A stretch of DNA of 64,000 nucleotides from a virus (taxonomy: Duplodnaviria; Heunggongvirae; Uroviricota; Caudoviricetes): IMG/VR virus record IMGVR_UViG_3300042006_000024, one strand, 5' to 3'. A program made the position numbers and the translations under genes. This document shows, in pieces, positions 53,242 through 62,566 of this stretch. Every line of letters starts with the position of its first letter. Position 1 is the first letter of the stretch. Under the pieces are notes generated by a model. That model did no database searches. It was not told the DNA's origin and saw only the letters and a program-made list of their open reading frames with translations.

Positions 53242-53928
53242 TCAAGTTGAAAAAGTATTATACAGATAGAAAATCAGGCTAGCAAGCATTAATTTTTAAT
53301 GGATTTAAATTTTGATTCAGACTAAATAGGCTGTATGATGCCCTTTCAAAATATTTTAATGAATAGATTCAACACTTTATATTGGTAATATCGCAAAGAT
53401 TCACGTCTAGTTGGTGTGGGGGCTGAACCCGCAATGCTCACATAGCAGATAGCCAACGACGATTATATTATGACAATGCTATGTGCAAGCCCCTAGTCCG
53501 AGTGGTTCGTAGGGTGGAAAGGTATACAGAACAAGCTATTGCGAGCTTGAGGTAGATGAAGACGTTAATGCTACCGAGTAGATGAATTTCTACCAAATCA
53601 AACGTCAAGATGATGTCACTGCTTCCGAAGCAAACATCGAAGTCCGCGCTGTTGCATAAGAGGCTACGCGAGACTTGCCGGGAATTATACCAGCAAAACA
53701 GTTTGTAAAAGGAGTTCGGTTCCCCTCCCTAATCCTAGATGTTATAGGTTAAACTTCTTATGTACGGTGAGCGATACCGCATTCATCTAAACACACTGCT
53801 TTCTCTGAGTGTTTAGATGAATGCCGTAACGAGTGGAGCCGAGTCTGTTTTTGTCCTTTCCAGGCAAAATACGGCTCGCTCCCCCGATTCAAATAAGAAG
53901 CCAAGATCAAAAGCTTCTTGAATCGTTT
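53242..53928. other. ~690-nt non-coding region, AT-rich left end, multiple hairpins; candidate replication origin or ncRNA
   Basis: No ORF of 60 aa or more; 16-bp perfect IR gcattcatctaaacac (53779-53794)/gtgtttagatgaatgc (53809-53824). Confidence 0.5.
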
Positions 53929-55509
53929 TTAAAGCAATTGAACCGTTTCTTCATCTAATCTCTTTTCATTCAGGTTCAATGTCATAAATTTGACTTTGAA
54001 CTTTTCTGCTGCATAGAATTTAATCCTCTCCTCGATGTGTTTGAAGGTCGCGTTAGGTTGACCGTTGTAGTCGATCTTATCCACAAGGTCATACAGTGTA
54101 GCCACTGACTTTGACTCATGCAGACGCATCAATCGACCAATCGATTGCAACACTCGAATCTTTGCCTTAGACGAAGAACCAAAAACCATGTTGTGTAGAT
54201 TCTTGATACTCACACCTGTCGACATGATACTGAAGGTTGCATAGAGAATGACGTCGTTATACTTGTCGAACATCGCCTTGATCTCTGCACGTTCCTTATC
54301 ACCAATCTCACCACAGATGATGTATGTGTGTTCGTGTCGAGTCTTCATATCTTCATACAGTGGAATACCTTGATCCTCTACACGGTCAAAGAGAACAATC
54401 GTGTTACCCTTGAGTGATAGTACCATCGTCTGAATGAAGTTGAACCGACACTTCAAGTTATTGATAAAGTTGATCTCAGATTGATACCGTGCGTTCTGCG
54501 CCGTCGACTTACGGGCATTCTGTTGGTCTTGATCGAATGCCCGTTTGGTATCCTTGTCATAGTCAAGAATCATGCAATTCACTACAACCTCAGTGGCGCG
54601 GCCTGCATCAATGATCTGCTTTGCTGTGACAATACGTTTGGCTGGGCCTAACAGCCCCTGTGCCGCGAGAACGTTACTCTCCATGTCGTCGAGTGTGCCC
54701 GTCAGACCGTGTCGAATGTCGCAGTTCACAGCAGCTTCTAGCAACTCAGCCAGCACAGGGCCTTTGACGCTATGACACTCATCGACGAAGATTGCACCTG
54801 CTTGCGTGATCGTGCTTTCGTGCAGTGTCTTCAGCGACTGCCATGTAGTAATCACAATCGGCCGTTCGATGAACTTCGAATAGTTACCAGTCACCTTCTG
54901 GCAGAAAGTACTTGCTTTCCACTGTGAACCTGTGAACGTCGAATAGTTGTCGAAGTCGTCATACAGTTGCTCAACCAGCATCTTCGACGGCACGACGATC
55001 AGAATCCGTTTACCTTCGAGTTCATCGGCCATCTGATACAGACGAATCGCCAAGTACATCGACAGACTCTTACCAGCAGACGTCGCCGCCAGACAGATAG
55101 AGCGACCAGCATTCATCATGTAGGTCACTGCATCATACTGGTAATCGTACGGATCGATAGCCACACCTTTGTCATGCGGACGAATGAAGTCAGTCGTCAG
55201 TGCCTCGATGTCAGCGCGCTCGGCAGACGGGGCCACAAGCAACGCAGGATCGATTTTGAAGCTGTAGTCTTGCTTAGTGAGGAACTTCACAAGCTCGAAC
55301 AAAAGGCCGCTGTACATGCGCTTATGCGTGCGATTGTAGAGGCGCTTGATGCCGTCCCAACGACCACTGCGAACGCGTGGATCAAACTGTGCATTGTCGA
55401 CCTTGAAGCTGAAGCGCTCGGAGATTTCCATTTCCATAGAGACTTCTTTGCACCTGATATGCATCCAGGTCGAATTGAGTTTTGTGATAACGATGTCTGG
55501 ATTATTCAT
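53929..55509 (-). CDS. uvsW: UvsW SF2 helicase
   Basis: AATSAGKS, VDECH, GLTGT, QSIGR. Confidence 0.95.
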   Translation of the reverse strand: MNNPDIVITKLNSTWMHIRCKEVSMEMEISERFSFKVDNAQFDPRVRSGRWDGIKRLYNRTHKRMYSGLLFELVKFLTKQDYSFKIDPALLVAPSAERADIEALTTDFIRPHDKGVAIDPYDYQYDAVTYMMNAGRSICLAATSAGKSLSMYLAIRLYQMADELEGKRILIVVPSKMLVEQLYDDFDNYSTFTGSQWKASTFCQKVTGNYSKFIERPIVITTWQSLKTLHESTITQAGAIFVDECHSVKGPVLAELLEAAVNCDIRHGLTGTLDDMESNVLAAQGLLGPAKRIVTAKQIIDAGRATEVVVNCMILDYDKDTKRAFDQDQQNARKSTAQNARYQSEINFINNLKCRFNFIQTMVLSLKGNTIVLFDRVEDQGIPLYEDMKTRHEHTYIICGEIGDKERAEIKAMFDKYNDVILYATFSIMSTGVSIKNLHNMVFGSSSKAKIRVLQSIGRLMRLHESKSVATLYDLVDKIDYNGQPNATFKHIEERIKFYAAEKFKVKFMTLNLNEKRLDEETVQLL

Positions 55510-55876
55510 CAGACAAGTAATCGTTGGCGTGCGCAAGCAACTGGTTGATAGGCACATCACAGGCGTAACAGTCGATCTCAGTTTGATCGCGCAGGGCTGC
55601 AAAGTATCTGTGGTGACCGTCAAGAATATAACCGTCAGTCGAGACAATGATTGAACCGTAAGGGCCAACCATACCGTCAACTTTGGCTTGGTCAAATTCA
55701 GTCTGAGTAGGCCGCACTTGATGCAGTGCAATCGGGCCTTTCTTGACACTTATACCTAAGAATTCGAGGTATGCGGCGAACGCCGTTTGGTCTGCAATCT
55801 GAGGCATGCTAGCGCGTGGGATGTTGAACCCGCCGATAACAGATTGCTCAGTCACATATTGGTTGAACGAAAGCAT
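55502..55876 (-). CDS. ParB/Srx-like N-terminal domain protein
   Basis: VRPTQ...IIVSTDGYILDGHHRYFAAL. Confidence 0.75.
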   Translation of the reverse strand: MLSFNQYVTEQSVIGGFNIPRASMPQIADQTAFAAYLEFLGISVKKGPIALHQVRPTQTEFDQAKVDGMVGPYGSIIVSTDGYILDGHHRYFAALRDQTEIDCYACDVPINQLLAHANDYLSDE

Positions 55877-55958
55877 AGATGAACCCGTGGTATGGTTTAG
55901 ATCTACTACTTATCGTCGGAATTTTAACCATAAAGAAGGGCACCGAAGTGCCCTGTCC

Positions 55959-56435
55959 TCATGAACCGCTTTCGAACTTGCGCCAATCAATTGCTGATCG
56001 TATATGAAACGTGCGTGAACTGATTTCCTTGATAGTCTTTTCCAAGAAGTCGACCATCTGCGATTGGATCTCATAGATCTCACGCATCAAGCCCATGTAA
56101 TCGTCTGCATCAAGGTACAATGGAAGATCAGTCTTGGCTACACGGGTATGCGGTTGACCGTATTCCGCATAATACTTGTCAGTCTGCGAACCCATATACC
56201 AACGAGTGCGCTCAAGTGTAACCTTCTTCAGCATGTTCTGGATCTGTTTTGCCTTGATCGCCTCTTCACCTAACAGACACAACCAGCGACCATGTAACTT
56301 TGGCGTGCGAAGAGACTCACCATCAAGGTTGAACTCGTTGATAACGTTCTCTTCTGTGGCAAGCTCTTTGATCTCAGTAAAGCGGTCTGCGACATCCTGT
56401 TTCAGACTTTTATAATGTTCCATGTTAGTTGCCAT
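55959..56435 (-). CDS. uvsY: UvsY recombination mediator (start uncertain, 56423-56453)
   Basis: TPKLHGRW...YLDAD...IRSAIDWRKFESG. Confidence 0.88.
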   Translation of the reverse strand: MATNMEHYKSLKQDVADRFTEIKELATEENVINEFNLDGESLRTPKLHGRWLCLLGEEAIKAKQIQNMLKKVTLERTRWYMGSQTDKYYAEYGQPHTRVAKTDLPLYLDADDYMGLMREIYEIQSQMVDFLEKTIKEISSRTFHIRSAIDWRKFESGS

Positions 56436-56922
56436 GGGTAATGCGATCTCCACTCACTAAATTTTCGACCTGGAACTCATCGAACTGCAACGTAAGGTTG
56501 CAAGATATGATACGTTCCTGATCCATCATACTATATTGAAGTCCACCCAACATCAAGGGATACACGCCCGTATAGATGAAGCGTGCGACAGGTCGATTCA
56601 CTGAATCGAGGATCGTCATCTCGGCAGTCATGTCGTTCTGACCGTCAAGTCGAGTCAAGTCATCCATCCACTTGTACACCTCAATCCACTCTTTCAGACC
56701 TTCAGACACAAGGAAGTTGAACGGGACTGGGTCATACGACAGCTTGTTACTTGGTATCAAAATGTCAACAGTGCGTGTAGGAAAAGGTGAACCGCCAAGG
56801 TTGACGTCAGGGACAGCCGCGTTTTGCAGCTTGAATGAAAGGTCACGGAAACCAGTAATCGTGAAGATGTACGAGGATGACCGTGCTGGGTTATATTGAG
56901 TGTAAGAACTGATATCTTGCAT
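56425..56922 (-). CDS. 3: tail completion/tube terminator gp3-like
   Basis: LQNAAVPDVNLG...YDP...FLVSEGLKEWIEVYKWM; position after gp23. Confidence 0.8.
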   Translation of the reverse strand: MQDISSYTQYNPARSSSYIFTITGFRDLSFKLQNAAVPDVNLGGSPFPTRTVDILIPSNKLSYDPVPFNFLVSEGLKEWIEVYKWMDDLTRLDGQNDMTAEMTILDSVNRPVARFIYTGVYPLMLGGLQYSMMDQERIISCNLTLQFDEFQVENLVSGDRITHGN

Positions 56923-57014
56923 AGGGCACCTATTGCGCGTGTAGTTGTATATAGCGTAGCCATAAGAAAGGGCGCCGAAGCGCCCTGACTGTTCTTCCAA
57001 CTAACGCCGCTGTA

Positions 57015-58301
57015 TTAGCCGGTGATGTTAGTAACTTTCATTTTACGGAAGTATTGGTTTTCGCCTTGACCCAGACCCAGACCAGCTTTAGCACCTGAAG
57101 CAGTGTGCGAAGCGAACGGGTTAGCAACAACGCCGTAGCGAGTAGCGAAACCGATGATTGGGTTGAATGTAGTCTCACCAACGGTGCGGTACAGTTCAAG
57201 TGGCAGATACGGGCAGTAGTAGATACCAGCATCCCAAGCGTTAGCACCACGGTAGCCTACAGTGATGTAGTCAACGGTTGCGAACGGGTCGATGAACACT
57301 TGATAGCGACCCATCAGTACGCCTGCGTAAGTCTGAGCAGTGTCATCCACGTTCAGGTTAGCAGTCAGACCTGGAGCGTAATCGAGAACGCCGGCCATGT
57401 TCAGAGCAGATGCAACGTTGCTCGAACAGATAACACGGTTAGCACGACCACGACGGGTAGCTTTTGCAACTTCGTTGGCTTCGATTTCCAGTTGGAACAG
57501 AAGGCCTTTGAAGCGCTCAACCAACCAGCGACCATCAGAGTCAGCAGCAACGTCGAACAGACCAGGAGTAGCAGCGAACTTGGCGCCCAGTACAGCAGAC
57601 ACGTTCACAGTACGGATACATTCGCGGTCGGTTTCAGCAATTACTTCAGTCGACAGAATGTTGGCTAGTTCACTTTCCGCGTCCAGACCGTGAATGTTCT
57701 TCAGGTCGTATTGCAGTTCGCGGGAGAACTGAGCTTTCAGTTTGCGGGTTTTAGCCGAAACGTCAACACGTTCGATGCTGAATGCCATTTCGTTCCAAGC
57801 AGTACCACCATCAACGCCCAGAGCTTCACCAGCGCCTTTGGTCATACCGGTACCGTAGCCAGTACCAACAACTGGAGTGCCTGCGCCGAAAGCGTCAGTA
57901 GCGAAACCAGAAGTATCACCTACTTGAGAACCAGCACCGCTGAATGCAGAGTTGGCTTCGTCGTACAGTGCTTCAGTACCAGTTTGGCTGGTGTAACGGG
58001 AACGCATCGCGAAGATCGAACCAGTTGGACCAGTCATTGGCTGAACGCCCATCAGGTCAAATGCCATCAGTTGCGGAACAGACCGACGAACCATTTTCAC
58101 CAGTACTGGGTCGAAGTTAGAAACACCGCCAGTAGTGTTAGCAGGCATTGCGGAACCGTTGGCTTCGCTGATACCTTTCATGAAATTGATCTGGTTTTCA
58201 ATCAGACGCTCGGTTACTTTTTTGCGGTATTGCGAGGTGATCTCAGGGAACTTATCGCTTTCGATCAGTTGCTTGATTTCTTCTTTCAGAAGTTCGGTCA
58301 T
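57015..58301 (-). CDS. 23: major capsid protein gp23
   Basis: GVQPMTGPTGSIFAMR, AKTRKLKAQFSRELQYDL, YCPYLPL, GFATRYG. Confidence 0.97.
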   Translation of the reverse strand: MTELLKEEIKQLIESDKFPEITSQYRKKVTERLIENQINFMKGISEANGSAMPANTTGGVSNFDPVLVKMVRRSVPQLMAFDLMGVQPMTGPTGSIFAMRSRYTSQTGTEALYDEANSAFSGAGSQVGDTSGFATDAFGAGTPVVGTGYGTGMTKGAGEALGVDGGTAWNEMAFSIERVDVSAKTRKLKAQFSRELQYDLKNIHGLDAESELANILSTEVIAETDRECIRTVNVSAVLGAKFAATPGLFDVAADSDGRWLVERFKGLLFQLEIEANEVAKATRRGRANRVICSSNVASALNMAGVLDYAPGLTANLNVDDTAQTYAGVLMGRYQVFIDPFATVDYITVGYRGANAWDAGIYYCPYLPLELYRTVGETTFNPIIGFATRYGVVANPFASHTASGAKAGLGLGQGENQYFRKMKVTNITG

Positions 58302-58335
58302 TTTGTAACTCCGTTGTGAATTTTGTAATTAACTT

Positions 58336-58343
58336 TATTTATA
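58336..58343 (-). promoter_or_regulatory. T4 late promoter
   Basis: TATAAATA upstream of gp23. Confidence 0.8.
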
Positions 58344-58366
58344 ACAGTCGGTTTTCTGATAGACTG

Positions 58367-59101
58367 TTAGCCGCGAAGGCTATTAAACAAGTGGGATTCG
58401 TAAGACGTTTGTTCAGCAACCACTGGTTTCTGAGGTTCAACCGGCTCGATGATTTGTGCAACTTGACCAACTGGGAAGTACGATTCATACAGCGATTTGA
58501 CGGCTGCGGTGAACTGTTCATCCGACTTATATTCGACCTTTTCAACAACGGAGGCGAATGATTCTTTTTGGGTTTCGCTCAGAGACTCGGTGATCTTGCT
58601 AACAATGACAGTGCTCTTGAACTTACTGTTTTCGTTCATCAGGTCGATGTTCTTATCAGTCAAAGCGTTCAAGCTTTCTTTCAGTGAACCGAGTTGAGTT
58701 TCGAGTTCGCCAACTTGATCAACAGTACCCTGAGGCATGTTCAAGTTGTGGCTCTCAGCAAGACCAACTAGACCAGTCAGAAACGATTCGGCCAGTTCAA
58801 CTTTTGCACCGGCAACCATAGCGACTTTGTTCTCTTGTGCCCACTCAGTAACAGCGGCAGTCAGATACTTGTCAACTTGTGGTTGGACTTGGTCTTTGAT
58901 GTAGGACTCAGCGAGGCCTTCGAGTTCTGTAATGCGTGCTGCAATGCGGGTATCGAACTCTTCTTGAAGACTAGCGGTAACAGTGTCAGTGACCTGTTTA
59001 GCTTGTTCATCAAGGGCAGCAGCAAAAATTACAGCCGCTTTTTCCTTGAACTCTTCAGAAAGGTCTTGTCCCGCAAAAAGCGCTTTGATATGTTCGGACA
59101 T
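58367..59101 (-). CDS. 22: prohead core scaffold gp22
   Basis: LSEEFKEKAAVIF...VDKYL...W...N; position between gp21 and gp23. Confidence 0.9.
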   Translation of the reverse strand: MSEHIKALFAGQDLSEEFKEKAAVIFAAALDEQAKQVTDTVTASLQEEFDTRIAARITELEGLAESYIKDQVQPQVDKYLTAAVTEWAQENKVAMVAGAKVELAESFLTGLVGLAESHNLNMPQGTVDQVGELETQLGSLKESLNALTDKNIDLMNENSKFKSTVIVSKITESLSETQKESFASVVEKVEYKSDEQFTAAVKSLYESYFPVGQVAQIIEPVEPQKPVVAEQTSYESHLFNSLRG

Positions 59102-59161
59102 TAAACATTCCTCTGTACTATAAGTGTGTATAACTTTTATTTAGTGGTTGTGAAAAACTGA

Positions 59162-59785
59162 TTACTTGCGCATCGACTTCATGAAGTCTTCCAAGCGTTC
59201 AAGGAACAGTTGTTCGTTAAACATTGCGCCAGCATCCTCGTCTTCGCTCTGTACCCACACGCCATTACGAATCTTCCAAGACGACTCAAAGAGTTGCTTG
59301 ACGTATGCATTCGGTGCTGACGGGTTATCAACGGCGTCCACAGCAGTCAACATGAAGTCCTTTTGCACATGCTTCATCCCGCCGCTTTCGCGTAGAGAAC
59401 CGAGGCCGCGTGTGGAAACGCCCATATTGAAACCACCCTCAAGAAGACCGGCGACAATCTGACCTTGTGGAGTAGGAAGAACTCGTGCCTTACCCATTAC
59501 GTTGTTGCCATCCCAAGTCAAAGACTCAATCAGGATCGACGCATTAGCAGGGTCAGCGAACGGACGATCAGGATGATTTAGTTCACCAAGAGCGCGACGA
59601 CGACTTACAAAGTTCTCGTTGTATGCATCAACTGCGGATTCCAAGATGCCTTTAGAGTACCAACGCCCGTTGCCGTTTTTAACTTCGGCTTGGGCGAAGA
59701 TGCCTTCAATGTACAACTTCTTTCCGCTGTCGGTGTTTTCATGAAGTACTTCTACATCATGGCTTGATTCGATCAGCAGTTTCAT
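59162..59785 (-). CDS. 21: prohead protease gp21
   Basis: YIEGIFAQ, NGNGRWY, LGELNHP, GVSTRGLGS, DNPSAP. Confidence 0.95.
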   Translation of the reverse strand: MKLLIESSHDVEVLHENTDSGKKLYIEGIFAQAEVKNGNGRWYSKGILESAVDAYNENFVSRRRALGELNHPDRPFADPANASILIESLTWDGNNVMGKARVLPTPQGQIVAGLLEGGFNMGVSTRGLGSLRESGGMKHVQKDFMLTAVDAVDNPSAPNAYVKQLFESSWKIRNGVWVQSEDEDAGAMFNEQLFLERLEDFMKSMRK

Positions 59786-59789
59786 AGCA

Positions 59790-60065
59790 TTAAAGTCCTA
59801 GTGCCTTACGTTTACGCATTGCTCTGATGCGTTTGCGGTTGGTACGGTTCTTCAGTGCCTGACCACCAGCAGCTTTAGTTCTAACCGCTTTGCGAAGGGC
59901 AATGCGCTTAGTAGCTTTCTCGCCACCGGGGATTGGCACACAAGATGTACCAGTATCATTCAACTTGTAGCCTGGCTTGCAGCGAACCCGACGAGTCTTT
60001 TCACCCTTCGAGTTCACTTTGGTGATAATTACAGACTCACCAAGGATCTCGATTTCTACGGTCAT
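59790..60065 (-). CDS. 68: prohead core protein gp68-like
   Basis: Basic protein at gp68 position; RKRIRAMRKRKALGL. Confidence 0.65.
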   Translation of the reverse strand: MTVEIEILGESVIITKVNSKGEKTRRVRCKPGYKLNDTGTSCVPIPGGEKATKRIALRKAVRTKAAGGQALKNRTNRKRIRAMRKRKALGL

Positions 60066-60331
60066 TACACGTCTTCCTTTTCGTCTTTAACGGCGCCTAC
60101 GCTGTCGGTGTCACTCTTGCCATCAGCATCGGTGTTATCGTTTTCAGTTTCGCCGCCTTCTTCCTTCTCAACTGCTTTTTCAGTCATCTTGAATGACTCG
60201 GCAACAGTGAGTTGGGTTTTAGCGACTTCGGCGCGGGCGCGTTCGGAAAGAGCGGCCTTGATTACTTGCATAGCTTCAAGGGCGTTTTCTTCCTTGAGCA
60301 TCGCAATGAATTGAGTTGCTGTATCAGTCAT
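60065..60331 (-). CDS. 67: prohead core protein gp67-like
   Basis: Acidic protein directly after portal. Confidence 0.6.
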   Translation of the reverse strand: MTDTATQFIAMLKEENALEAMQVIKAALSERARAEVAKTQLTVAESFKMTEKAVEKEEGGETENDNTDADGKSDTDSVGAVKDEKEDV

Positions 60332-60349
60332 TTCAAAATCCTCTATAAC

Positions 60350-61891
60350 TTATTGGAATGGTGGGATGGGATTTCCATCCGCGTCAACTTCTGGCTGGAA
60401 TTGTGGGACACTTTTCTCAGCTTTGATTGCCTTGTCGTTCTCGGCAATTTCTTCGTCTGTCTGGCGAAGAATATTCGTCCGGATGTATGCGTTACTGTAG
60501 AAGCGGCCGATGTACGGGGTCATCTCGCCTGCGAGTTCAATACGGTCGCGCTGCATTTCGAAGTACTTGCGCTCTTCAAGGTACATGTCTTGGGCGTAGA
60601 CAAATTTCATCTTCGCTTCAATTGCTGGCCACTCTGTATCGGTGATGATCTTAGTGAGGATCAAGTCGGTACGCAGAATGTCGCGGAACATCATGTTGAA
60701 GCGCTTACGCACTTTCGAAACGAACTTCGAGAACTTCAGTTCATCGCGGTTGATCTGAGTATCTTGACTACCGAACGACATTTGCGAATCGTTGTCGAGA
60801 CGTGAAGTCGGTACGTTCAAGGCCTTATAGAGACGCTTGAGGAAGTACAGAATATCGTCGATCTCGCCCAGCGATTGACCACCTGGCAGGGTCGACACTT
60901 CAGTACCTTTACCGCTTGAAGTACGTGGCAGCCAGTAGTCTTCCTGCATAGTTGTCAGGTGACGTTGGTCTTTGAAGTTACCTGCTTCCGGATCATAGGT
61001 CATACGATTACGGAAAGAGTTCTTCAGGTTGTTCAGATATTGCTCAGCCTTGCTCTTAGGCAGGTTACCCACGTCGATATAGAACACGCGACGTTCAGGC
61101 GCACGCGAGATACGGTAGATTACAAGCGCGTTCTCCATCATGCGAAGCTGGTTCGCGGGCTTGATAGCTTTGTGTAGCCAACTGATCGCGTAGCCCGTCT
61201 TAGGGTCTGTCAGGCCCGATGTGACGTATGTCAGCGACTCGGCAGACAGTTGCAATGCTTCTTTGTACTGACGGTTGTTAGTGCCCGACTGGCTCTTCGA
61301 CGTTTCGCGCTCATCGGCCTTTTCGTCATAGAGGTAGTACTCTTCGACACCATCAATCGTTTTCAATTCTTGGTTGTACTGGATGTTGCGAACCTTTGTT
61401 ACAAACGCTGGGTTCAGCTCAACGACGTTGATGATCCCACGCTTAAGGTTTTTGCTGTCAACAACTTTCTGATACGCAAGACGACCATCGACATAGAAGT
61501 TATATGCACGCTGGTGAATTGTATCCCGAAGATTCATGAGGGTTGCAATCTTCTCATATGACGCGTGAATCTTTTCTTTGATGTTTTCCGACAATTCAAC
61601 TTCGGACAGGTCAAGCTCAACTGGATCTTCATCTTCACCGAACGTTACCATCTCGTTGATGATATCCTGAACGGCATAGTCGACTTCGTTGAAGTTCGCA
61701 GTTTCGCGGTATTTGTGCAGCAACTCAGCTTGCGAGTTAGCCGCCCAATCGAAGTTCATCAAGAATCCGTTCACAGGACTTTCGACGGTCAGGGCGCCAT
61801 CAGAAAAATCAACAGCAACCTGGTTCGACAACGTCTGCTGTGGCAGCTCATCGGAAAGTTTCTGTTTGCGTAGAAAATCGAACATTCGCAT
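60350..61891 (-). CDS. 20: portal protein gp20
   Basis: YVDGRL, LRMMENALVIYRISRAPERRVFYIDVGNLP, EDYWLPR, RDELKF. Confidence 0.97.
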   Translation of the reverse strand: MRMFDFLRKQKLSDELPQQTLSNQVAVDFSDGALTVESPVNGFLMNFDWAANSQAELLHKYRETANFNEVDYAVQDIINEMVTFGEDEDPVELDLSEVELSENIKEKIHASYEKIATLMNLRDTIHQRAYNFYVDGRLAYQKVVDSKNLKRGIINVVELNPAFVTKVRNIQYNQELKTIDGVEEYYLYDEKADERETSKSQSGTNNRQYKEALQLSAESLTYVTSGLTDPKTGYAISWLHKAIKPANQLRMMENALVIYRISRAPERRVFYIDVGNLPKSKAEQYLNNLKNSFRNRMTYDPEAGNFKDQRHLTTMQEDYWLPRTSSGKGTEVSTLPGGQSLGEIDDILYFLKRLYKALNVPTSRLDNDSQMSFGSQDTQINRDELKFSKFVSKVRKRFNMMFRDILRTDLILTKIITDTEWPAIEAKMKFVYAQDMYLEERKYFEMQRDRIELAGEMTPYIGRFYSNAYIRTNILRQTDEEIAENDKAIKAEKSVPQFQPEVDADGNPIPPFQ

Positions 61892-61913
61892 AAGTGATAA
61901 AGTCCTAACTATA

Positions 61914-61956
61914 GAGTTTGACTAGAGCGATACAACACTCTAGTCAAACTATTTAG
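61914..61956 (-). terminator. hairpin after gp19 adjoining a late promoter
   Basis: agtttgactagag/ctctagtcaaact inverted repeat; CTAAATA at 61950-61956. Confidence 0.55.
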
Positions 61957-61965
61957 TTTACTTGG

Positions 61966-62490
61966 TTAGGAGTTGTTGCCGTTGCCGATGTCAGAGAAGG
62001 CAAAGGTCACGGAGAACAGTTCCAGTTGGTCGTTGCTGTCTTGAGCAACTTCGATTGGCGCTACAACACTCGGCCATGCCAGCATCAAGGTATACTCTTT
62101 GATCCGGTTGTCGTTGTTGTCCAGTTGATACACGGTCACAGTGGACATGTAGTCATCGGGAACAGTTGAACCGGTGTTCGAGTTATAGCCGTTGATGAAG
62201 TTGTGCCACCGCTCAAACGAGTTACGAATGTCGAAGTCGGTATCGTTGACGAAAGTGACTTCCCATTCATCGTAAGTCCGATCGCCTGCAAGCTTCAGAA
62301 TACGACCACGAAACGGTTGTTCAATCACACCAAGCGTAGAGCCTGGCAGTTGGGTAGATGAACACAGGAATGCAGTCTTGCGGATTGCATCGTTAGTACC
62401 AGCGAACGCCGGGAAAGCCACAAGCACTTCAAACCGGTTAGCGCGTGCGCCACCGCCTTTCAGAGCGCTCTTGAACTTGGAAATTGACAT
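61966..62490 (-). CDS. 19: tail tube protein gp19
   Basis: GGARANRFEV, FRGRILKLAGDRTYDEW, LAWP. Confidence 0.95.
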   Translation of the reverse strand: MSISKFKSALKGGGARANRFEVLVAFPAFAGTNDAIRKTAFLCSSTQLPGSTLGVIEQPFRGRILKLAGDRTYDEWEVTFVNDTDFDIRNSFERWHNFINGYNSNTGSTVPDDYMSTVTVYQLDNNDNRIKEYTLMLAWPSVVAPIEVAQDSNDQLELFSVTFAFSDIGNGNNS

Positions 62491-62566
62491 ACTTACACAC
62501 CTCGAGAATTCATCAAGAAACTAAGTGCTGTGGCAACTTTCATTACCACAGCAACAGTTCTGTTAT

